NCBI RefSeq assembly: GCF_963921235.1
Contig: NC_086097.1
Span: 194,124,001 to 194,188,000, forward strand
Direction of reading: 5' to 3'
Length of the DNA: 64,000 bases
DNA from: Mobula hypostoma
Lineage: Eukaryota
Shown: piece after piece, positions 54,176 through 64,000 of the stretch
Layout of the letters: every line of letters starts with the position of its first letter
How positions within the stretch are numbered: position 1 is the stretch's first letter
The notes under the pieces: generated by a model
The model's input: the letters and a program-made list of their open reading frames with translations, nothing else
Database searches by the model: none
Told to the model about the DNA's origin: nothing
Program-made: the position numbers and the translations under genes

Positions 54176-55164
54176 TTTTTCATACAGTATTTTACTTATA
54201 CTTTTATACATTCTCCTCTCAATTAATATTCTGTGACAGGATCTCTGGAAAATTAGTTGTAAAGAAAAAACAACCATTGTTCCTAAAAGTAAATGGCAGA
54301 TTATGTTTTGAGTCAAGTGAAACAAATTCAGTTTTGACTACTTTTTGTTGATACTCAAGAATTCTGCCAGTTAAATGACCAATACTTGCAGTTTACCAAA
54401 GTCAATACAAACAAGAGAATATGTAAAGATCAAAACAACTGATGTTAATTCATTTGGAACTTAATTTAAATCCCATTCAAGATCATCTGAGATTTAGGTT
54501 CCATAACCCCCCAATAAACTAAAACACCATGGTTGCTTCATTCATGCCAGCATGTGTGTTAGATAGAAATGCTGTTTTAGATCTTCAGCAGAATTAAATA
54601 TTGAGCATTTTATGTAGCATTGCCCTAGCACACACTTTTGGCAGTTTCCCAGGATCTTTGCAAACTGTACAACAGTTTGCTATCAGCTCAAACTATCATC
54701 CTAGAGGAGATGAAACACATGCTGAAAACAAGCATCCTAATTATTACACCAGCACATTATTGAATTGGCTGCTGCCTCTTAAAAGGCTGCACACTATTGC
54801 ATATGATGATTTCTCCCATTAGTGATCAGCTGTTCAGGAGTAAAGTCAATAGTATAGGTTTATGCTATGAGAAGTTATGCTCAATTTTTGAAGTTTGATT
54901 ATCACTAACTGGCTACAATTTATTTTGAGAAAATTCATGAGGTAGGCTCTTGTGGTAGGAAGTGAACACAGATTTAAAAAATTTACTTTGAACTTTAAAT
55001 TTGAGGTCACTTGCTGAATGCTCCTTGTTTTGCTGATCATATGGGCTAAGCATTATCAGCAATCATGGCAAATGATCAAGTACAAGAGAGACACACGCAG
55101 GCCAGAAGTCTCCAGCTGAAACGCATTGGAAAAACTTGCAGCCATGAAAATGAAGAGCTTATAA

Positions 55165-55980
55165 AGTCATAGAAAACTACAACACAGAAACAGGCCCTTT
55201 GGCCCATCTAGTCCATGCTAAACCATTTAAACTGCCTTGTCCTATTGACCTTCATACTCCTCCCATTCATGTACCTATCCAAACTTTGCTTCAATGTTGG
55301 AATCGAAATCACATCCACCACTTGTGCTGGTAGTTCATTCCACATGCTCACCACTCTGAATGAATTAGTTTCCCCTCATGTTCCCCTTAAACATTTCACC
55401 TTTCACCCTTAATCCATGACCTCTAGCTGTAGTCTTACTCAAGCTCAGTGGAAAAAGTCTGCTTGCATTTACCCTATCTATATCCTTCATAATTTTGCAT
55501 ACCTTTATCAAATCTCCTCTCAATCTTCCACATTATAAATAGTCCTAACCTATTCAATCTTTCCTTATAACTCAGCTCCTCCAGACCGAGCAACATCTTT
55601 GTAAATTTTGTCTGCACTCTTTCGACTTTGTTTACATCTTTCCAGTAGGTTGCTGACCAAAACTGCACACAGTACTCCAAATCTGGCCTCACCGGTGTCT
55701 TATACAACTTCAACATCCCAACTCCTGTACTCAATACATTGATCTGTGAAGGCCAATGTGCCAAAAGCTTTCTTTATGACCCCCATCTACCTGCGACATT
55801 ATTTTAAATGAAATATGTACCCATTGTTCTACCACACTCCTCAGTGCCCTACCGCTTACTGTTTAAGATTTACCTTGGTTGGCCCTCCCAAAGTGAAACA
55901 ACTAACACTTGAATTCATTAAATTTATCTACCATTTTTCAGCTTGTTTTTCCAGCTGGTCTAAATCCTGATGCAATCTAC
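55165..55980 (-). mobile_element. CR1 3' fragment
   Basis: VRPDLEYCVQFWS; tail catagaaaactacaacacagaaacaggccc. Confidence 0.85.
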
Positions 55981-56297
55981 AAGCTTATGAAAGATGTTCT
56001 CCTTCATCACATTTCAAGGAACAGTTACCATGTCTTACCTTCTATATTTCTGCCTCCAGGAACCTTCCCATTTCCCTCGTATCCATCTTTGTAGAATGTG
56101 CCCATTGACTTCCAAAGACCTCCTCATCATTAGTAGGAAACAATGAACACCTGATCGATAAAACTGCTTAATTACTGCACATGAATTTTTGCATTTAGGG
56201 TTCTGTCACACATTTAAATCTAACAACCGACATTTGGTTTACTTCTGTACCAATTCAATGTTGTAGAAAAGTAATGTTTCTTCGCTCCAGGGATAAA

Positions 56298-56606
56298 GGT
56301 AAGCTTTATTTGTCACACGCATATTGAAATATACAGTGAAATTTGTCATTTGAATAAAATTAAATCAACAAAGAATGTGCAAGCAGCCTGCAGTTTATCA
56401 CCACACTTCTAGTGGCAACGTGGTATACTCACAACTTACTCATGCTAACTTGTAATTCTTTGGAATGAGGGAGGAAACTAGAGCACCTGGAGGAAACTCG
56501 TACAGTCGCAGGGAGAATGCATGAACTCCTTATTGACAGTGGCAGGTATTGAACCCTGATCTTACAGCTAGAGTTCTAATAGTGTTACGCTAACTACTAC
56601 ATGCCA
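56298..56606 (-). mobile_element. V-SINE-like tRNA SINE
   Basis: Minus-strand B box GGTTCAATACC; V-domain-like sequence (+ strand ggaggaaactagagcacctggaggaaac..gggagaatgcatgaactcc); Rex-like tail gtgacaaataaagct. Confidence 0.65.
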
Positions 56607-56614
56607 CCCCACCC

Positions 56615-56900
56615 TGACCTTCAGTGCTCTCTGTGCAAAGTTTGCAGTCTCCCTGAGACTGCATGCATTTCTGCTGGGTGCTCCAGTTTTCTTCCACAGC
56701 CCTAATAAGTGTTAGTAGGCTCTATAGCTTTTCTGAATTATCCCTCATTAGGCAAATGGAAAAAGCATCAAGTGTCACTGATGGTCAAGTGAGAGAATAG
56801 CTGCAGGGCACCAGGGAATATGAGGGGGAAATGTAACCAATGGGTTTGTACTGCTGGGTACTGTTTAGATTTGACAAGCAAATAGCCTCCTGTGCTCTGA
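56615..56900 (+). mobile_element. V-SINE-like fragment
   Basis: tctgtgcaaagtttgca..tctccctgagactgcatg..gggtgctccagttttcttccaca. Confidence 0.55.
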
Positions 56901-57119
56901 AAGTTACCTTCCCCCCCCCATGTTACCTCATCACACACCTAATGGGTGAAGTGGCTTCCTCCTATGTCCTTAGGTCTTTATCTCTTCCCTAAAATAATCT
57001 CTAAACTTTTTGGAATACTATATTTTGACGAATATTTCGAAGTCTTATACCAATAAGAATTCATGTGGAACCTGACCATGCATTTGAAGTTAGCTGATGT
57101 TCTGTATATTCTTCTCAAT

Positions 57120-58860
57120 AGCAGATTTTACCACAACATGACAGAGACTGGAAATGGGCATTATGGCAGGTTGCACTATACAGTATCACCTCTGGCCTTC
57201 ACAATGGCCATGGAGGTCTTTATCAGGGCTTCAAGATGGGTGGTAGGCGATGAAAGAACAAGTGCTGGACTTCATCTTTTCCCTATTAGGGTGTACATGG
57301 ACGATATAACAACACTGACCACTACTGCAGTATGTACCAAGCAACTACTTGGAAAGCTGCAGGAATACATCAAGTATGCCAGAATGAAAATCAAACCCAG
57401 CAAGTCACAAAGCATCTCCATAGTCAAGGAAATGCTGAAAGACAAAGTTCTTCATGGGTGATGACCCAATTCCAACATTGTCTGAACAGCCTGTCAAAAA
57501 CTTGGGTAGATGCCACCTCATGGGTAAACAGCAGGTCCAGCAACTGAAGCAACACATCACCAATGGCCTGGATAACACAGAAAAGACCATGCTGCCTGGA
57601 AAACTGAAGCTCTGGTGCTTGCAGTTTGGACTCCTGCCCCAGGTGACGTGGCCACCCACTGCCTATAAGGTCCCACTAACAACCGTGAAGAAGCTCGAGC
57701 GAACCACCATGCCGTTCGTAAAGAACTGGCTCAGTGTCCCAAGGTGTATCAGTAACATCAGTCTCTTATGGTAAAGGAGTCCTTGAACTACCTTTTACTG
57801 GCCTTGCAGAGGAATTAAAGTGTTCTAAGGTGCATGTATAGATGACACTGAAAGACTGTCGTGACAAGTCCGTCAGTAACAGTGCACAAGCATTATCAAC
57901 TGGGCGGAAATGGACCCCGGCCCTTAGGCATAGAGACATTGTGGGACAAGACCAAAGGGGCAGGGGAGACTTTGGTCTGACAGCAAGTAGACCCACCTGG
58001 CCACAATTCCAGAGTGAAGGAAGGTGGTTGTCAAGGAAGTACAGTGACAAGAAGAGTCAGACCGAAGTACAAAGGCTGTCTTCCTGGCAAAGCAGGGGCA
58101 ATGGATGTGGTGGGAAAGCATTGAAAGGAGGAAAATCAGCTGGAAGAACATATGGGAGATGGAAGCAAACAGACTTAGCTTTCTCATCAAAGCTAGATAT
58201 AACCATATAACAATTACAGCACGGAAAAAGACCATCTCGGCCCTTCCAGTCTGTGCCGAACTCTTACTCTCACCTAGATATGATGTGCTTCCCTCACTAA
58301 AAACATCCACCAGTGGTTTGTTGAAGATGCCACTTGTGCCCTGTGCCCGATTCCAGCAACCTTCAATCCTCTTGGCAGCGGTATAACCTAACCAAGAGGA
58401 TAGCAACCAACATCTTGCCCCCAAGAGTGACCAATGCTCTGACACCAGCAGCATTTGTTCGGGAGAGAGGGAAAAGACCAAGTAATCTCCTTCCTAAGCC
58501 AGAAACAGGACAGATGTATGTGGCCCATGACTGGAAAATGCTGGTAGATGTCAATAACTCACCATGGAACTCTCAGTACCATGGGAGGACTTAGTGCTGA
58601 AGCATATGAATGCAAATGTCTATGCTATACAGATTTAGCAGCTGAGGCTCAGCTACAGGACTGGAAAACAAAAGTTTGACCTGTGGAAGTGGGATGTAGG
58701 GGATTTATAGCCACTTCCACCATCAAATTGCTGAAGGAGCTAGGGATCCACGATAAGACTCTACGGCAAACTATCAGAGCCACATCAGAAGCAGTGGAAA
58801 GATGCAGTCAATGGCTTTGGATCAAGCAAAAAGACCTCCCCTGGACTCCAAGATAGCGTC
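57120..58860 (+). mobile_element. Hero-clade (RLE-type) non-LTR retrotransposon, 5'-truncated and degraded
   Basis: SPLAFTMAMEVFIRASRWVVG..PIRVYMDD..KIKPSKS; IPTLSEQPVKNLGR; LPGKLKLWCLQFGLLP; C-terminal RLE region PVEVGCRGFIATST..QWLWIK readable at ~58680-58830. Confidence 0.8.
58201..58273 (-). mobile_element. Very short CR1 3' end inserted in the Hero element
   Basis: Matches the CR1 tail at 23051-23125; flanked by CTAGATAT (58193-58200, 58274-58281). Confidence 0.85.
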
Positions 58861-59619
58861 AAGAGAGTGTCAAGACACAATGAGAGATGACTCTAGGACA
58901 CCAGTCATCATTTATGTAGTGGGCTAATCCATGAAACATCAAGGAAAGAGGGTGCCCACTTGAAAAACCCTGTGTGTCAACTCTGTGCCACTCCCAACAT
59001 CAATGCAGTCTCTAGCAAGTGCTTACGACCCACTGGTGCGAGGGATATTAACATCTTATCCTGTCATTTGATTTTTTTTTGCTGAAAAATTGCTTTCAAG
59101 AAACTTGGCATACGGGACTAGATGGTTTTTCCAGAGAACTCAAAGATACTATAATGTCTTAATTGAAACACCACACTAATCAAGACTGAAATCGACACTA
59201 ACTGAAATAGTATATGCAGCTAGAAATGACATTGTTTTTCTAGCCTTCAAAACATTTTGCAGAGCTTGTAATATTTGAATTCAAATGCATGCTTTTAAAT
59301 TAAAAGTTTCACTACATTTAAAATAACAGGTATGTCCCTTCCCATTATTAGATCAATTAAATAACGTGATCAACAACTTTTGTTTCCATGTGCTCACTGC
59401 AGTTATGTTCGGTCTCAGATAATAAGTAGTTAAGTGTCCACGGATGTGCTGGTTTATCAAAAATTCACAAAGTACTCATTCAATATTCAGCACAATCCTC
59501 TACCACATATCTAAATGCAATAGGTGTCCGAATTCAAAAAAGATAAAATGCTGAAGATAATTAGCAAGTCATGCATCAATGTAGTGGGAAACTATTTCAT
59601 TTTCAGGTCAATGATCTTT

Positions 59620-60418
59620 ATACTTTATTGTCGCCAAGCAATTGATACTAGAATGTACAATCATCACAGCGATATTTGATTCTGCGCTTCCTGCTCCCTG
59701 GATTACAAATCCATAGTAAATATTAAAAATTTAAATTATAAATCATAAATAGAAAAATGGAAAGTAAGGTAGTGCAAAAAAACCAAGAGGCAAGTCTGGA
59801 TATTTGGAGGGTACGGCCCAGGATCCGTTCAGCAGTCTTATCACAGTTGGAAAGAAGCTGTTCCCAAATCTGAGCCTTCTCCTGGAGGGAACAGGGATGA
59901 AAAATGTGTTGGCTGGGGGGGGGGGTCGTGTCCTTGATTATCTTGGCAGCACTGCTCCGACAGCACGCGGTGTAAAATGAGTCCAAGGACAGAAGATTGG
60001 TTTGTGTGATATGCTGCGCCGTGTTCACAATCTTCTGCAGCTTCTTCCGGTCTTGGACAGGATAACTTCCATACCAGGTTGTGATGCACCCTAGAAGAAT
60101 GTTTTCTACAGTGCATCTATAAAAATTAGTGAGGGTTTTAGGAGACAGGCCAAATTTCTTTAGTTATCTCAGGAAGTAAAGGCGCTGGTGGGCCTTCTTG
60201 ACAGTGGACTCTGCTTAGTTGGATCAAGTCAGGTCATTTGTGATATTGACCCCGAGGAACTTAAAGCTTTTGACCTGTTCCACTTGTGCACCACTGATGT
60301 AAATTGTGTTGTGCAGTCTGCTACTCCTTCTGAAGTCAACAACCAATTCCTTCGTCTTGCTGATGTTGAGGGATAGGTTATTGTCTTCGCACCATGCCAC
60401 CAGGTTCTTAATCTGCAT
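59620..60418 (-). mobile_element. Rex1/Babar 3' fragment
   Basis: WCEDNNLSLNISKTKELVVDFRR..SFKFLGVNIT. Confidence 0.85.
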
Positions 60419-61084
60419 AGTTTTAATGAAGTGTTACTGCCCTGAATTATGAACTTCCTTTCTTTCCAGATGCTGCCTGACTTGCTGACCTTGTGCAGCA
60501 CCTTAAGCTTTCTTTTGTTGCTTTATCAGTTGTATTGGCTTGTTCCTTCAATGGTACATATACAGAAAAAAAAACATCAAATTGGTAGTTTTAGCATTTG
60601 GTAAATTAAAAGACATTGTACTGAAAGTAGCAATGTCTTCTCAAACAGTCCGTGGTAAATCACAGTTTGCCCGTCCAACTGAGTCTCTTTAGACTTTTAA
60701 ATATTTGGTACCAGAATCAACACAAGTAAAAAGGGCACTAAACTGGGGATAATAGAATAATAAAATCTTGACTAATGTGAGAAATCCATAAATTGGAAAT
60801 GTTTTACAGGTACATCATAAAAAATAATCAAGCAGAAAATATTGCCCCCCCCAATAAATAATTGGTTAGGTAAATGGATTTAGAAAACACAAGGGTGAAA
60901 AAGTAGCAGTTACTTGGGATTAAAATTTCTAACTGTATTTAGAAAGCACAATGACTAGTAGGTAAAGTAGAAAAATAATCTTATTTGTTTAGTTATAGGG
61001 TGAGAATGAGATTCCAGCATAATGCCATATCTTGAATTTTTACACTAAGTCAGTGAGTAGACTTATTTTTTCTGTTTCATTCCT

Positions 61085-63986
61085 GTAGAATTAGATAGCA
61101 TGCCTGCAGGGTTAGTGCTTTGTTCAGGGTGTGAGATGTGGGAATCTTGGGAGACCTCCAGCCTCCCTGATGGCCACATCTGCGCCAGGTGCACCGAGAT
61201 GCAGCTCCTCAGAGACCGTGTTAGGGATTTGGAGCTGCAGCTTGATGACCTACTGCTTATCAGGGAAAGTGAAGAGGTGATAGGTAGGAGCTACAGGGGT
61301 CAGAAAACTGGGTCACTGTCAAGAGAGGGAAGGGAAATGCCCGGAAAGTGGAGAGCACACCTGTGGCTGTCCCCCTCAGCAACAAATAACTTGTTCTGGA
61401 CGCTGTTGAGGGGGATGACCTGACAGGGGACGCCCACGGTGACCAGGTCTCTGGCACTGTTGTGCAGGAGAGAAGGAGGGAGAAGAGGAATGCGGTAGTC
61501 GTAGGGGATTCCATACTCAGGGGAACGGACAGGAGGTTCTGTGAGCCTGATAGACACCCACATGGTGTGTTGCCTCCCAGGTGCCAGGTACGGGATGTCT
61601 CGGATCGGGTTCTGAATATTCTGAAGGGGGAGGGTGAGCAGCCAGTTGTCTTGGTACATGTTGGTCCCAATGACACAGATAGGACAAAGGAGGAGGTCCT
61701 GAAGAGAGGTTTTCAGGAGTTAGGAAGGAAGCTGAGAAGCAGGACCTCCAGGGCAGTAATCTCGGGATTGCTAGCTGTGCCACGTGCTAGCGAGGGCAAA
61801 AATAGTAAGATCAGGCAGATGAATGCGTGGCTGAGAGACTGGTACAGGGGACAGAGCTTCAGATTCTTGGATAATTGGGATCTCTTCTGGGGGAAGTATG
61901 ACCTGTTCAAAAAGGACAGGTTACACCTGAACCCAAAGGGGACCAATATCCTGGCGGGAAAGTTTAATAGAGCTGTTAGGGAAGGTTTAAACTAATTTGG
62001 CAGGGGGATGGGAGCCGGAATGACAGAATGGAGGAAGGGGAAAACAGAAATAAATCTAAGATAGTGAGCAATAGAGATGTCAGGAAAGACAGGCAGGTGA
62101 TGGGGCAAATTTGTAGCCATTGGGATGAGTTGCAGTGCAATAAAGTTGCAGTGAAATCAAAGCGAAAAGTACCAAATACTGGTCTTAAGGTGTTATACTT
62201 AAATGCACGCAGCATAAGGAATAAGGTGGATGATCTTGTCGTACAGCTACAGATTGGCAGGTATGATATTGTGGCCATCACTGAGACGTCGCTACTGAAG
62301 GAAGACATCAGCAGTATTCTGGACATTCAAGGGTGTCAGGGAAGAGAAGCATGCGCAGTCACAATTACGACAGAGAAAGTACTCAGGAAGCTGAATAGTC
62401 TAAAGGTAGATAAATCTCCCAGACCAGATGGAATGCACCCACGTGTTCTGAAGGAAGTAGCTGTGGAGATTGTGGAGCCATTAGCGATGATCTTTCAAAA
62501 GTCGATAGATTCTGGCATGGTTCCAGAGGACTGGAAGATTGCAAATGTCACTCCGCTATTTAAGAAGGGGGCAAGGAACCAAAAAGGAAATTATAGACCT
62601 GTTAGCTTGATATCGGTGGTTGGGAAGTTGTTGGAGTCGATTGTCAAGGATCAGGTTACAGAATACCTGGAGGCATTATGACAAGATAGGCAGAACTCAG
62701 CATGGATTCCTTAAAGGAAAATCCTGCCTGACAAACCTATTACGATCTTTTGAGGAAATTACCAGTAGGCTAGACAAGGGAGATGTAGTGGATGTTGAAT
62801 ATTTGGATTTTCAGAAGGCCTTTGACAAGGTGCCACACATGAGGCTACTTAACAAGATAAGAACCCATGGGATTAAGGAAAAGTTACATACGTGGATAGA
62901 GCGTTGGCTGATTGGCAGGAAAACAGAGTGGGAATAAAGGGATCCTATTCTGGTTGGCTGCCGGTTACCAGTGGTGTTCCACAGGGGTCCATGTTGGGGC
63001 CGCTTCTTTTTACATTGTACATCAACGATTTGGATTATGGAATAGATGGCTTTGTGGCTAAGTTTGCTGACGATACGAAGATGGTGGAGGGGCCAGTAGT
63101 GCTGAGGAAACGGAGAGTCTGCAGAGAGACTTGGATAGATTGGAAGAATGGGCAAAGAAGTGGCAAATGAAGTACAGTGTTGGAAAGTGTATGGTTATGC
63201 ACTTTGGCAGAAGTAATAAACGGGCAGACTATTATTTAAATGGGGAAAGAATTCAAAGTTCTGAGATGCAACGGGACTTGGGAGTCCTCGTACAGGATAC
63301 CTTTAAGGTTAACCTCCAGGTTGAGTCGGTAGTGAAGAAGGCGAATGCAATGTTGGCATTCATTTCTAGAGGAATAGCGTATAGGAGCAGGGATGCGAGG
63401 TTGAGGCTCTATAAGGCGCTGGTGAGACCTCACTTGGAGTACTGTGGGCAGTTTTGGTGTCCTTATTTAAGAAAGGATGTGCTGACGTTGGAGAGCGTAC
63501 AGAGAAGATTCACTAGAATGATTCCGGGAATGAAAGGGTTAACATATGAGGAATGTTTGTCCGCTCTTGGACTATATTCCTTGGAGTTTAGAAGAATGAA
63601 GGGAGACCTTATACAAACATTTCAAATGTTGAAAGGCATGGACAGAGGGGATGTGGCAAAGTTGTTTCCCATGGTGGGGGAGTCTAGTACGAGAGGGCAT
63701 GACTTAAGGATTGAAGCGCGCCCATTCAGAACAGAAATGTGAAGAAATTTTTTTAGTCAGAGGGTGGTGAATCTATGGAATTTGTTGTCACGGGCAGCAG
63801 TGGAGGCCAAGTCATTGGGTGTATTTAAGGCAGAGATTGATAGGTATCTGAGTAGCTAGGGCATCAAAGGTTATGGTGAGAATGCGGGGGTGTGGGACTA
63901 AATGGGAGAATGGATCAGCTCATGATAAAATGGTGGAGCAGACTCGATGGGCCGAATGGCTGACTTCTGCTCCTTTGTCTTATGGT
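61085..63986 (+). mobile_element. CR1 LINE with ORF1 (Cys-rich, coiled coil, SGNH esterase) and internally deleted ORF2
   Basis: CSGCEMW..CARC..LELQLDDL; VVGDSI, VHVGPND, DRLHLN; ORF2 jumps from VAITET to KEDIS..KSPRPDG; RT and 3' UTR follow. Confidence 0.92.
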
Positions 63987-64000
63987 TATCTCGTTACTTA

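Noticed and set aside
1..64000. CRISPR arrays, operons or prokaryotic defence systems
   Set aside because: Eukaryotic spliced gene and LINE landscape; no regularly spaced direct repeats seen.

Overview
Repeat-dense vertebrate genomic DNA. The CR1/Rex1/Penelope/V-SINE mix suggests a cartilaginous fish, probably a ray or skate (inference). One host gene is supported: the first three coding exons of an EMILIN-family gene, most like EMILIN2, on the minus strand (17979-17810, 17406-17281, 7814-7648). They encode a signal peptide and a complete 7-Cys EMI domain with canonical, phase-matched splice sites; the rest of the gene lies beyond position 1. Nearly all other ORFs are degraded non-LTR retrotransposons (CR1, Rex1/Babar, RTE, a Hero-type RLE element, Penelope-like GIY-YIG elements), plus SINEs, solo LTRs and non-autonomous DNA transposons. 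The most notable non-coding signal is a dispersed family of minimal type I hammerhead ribozyme motifs (AGUC-CUGACGA...GAAAC-GUC-GACU) in Penelope pseudo-LTRs. One copy is a stand-alone 109-bp insertion with a perfect 15-bp target-site duplication. Repeat boundaries without TSDs are approximate.
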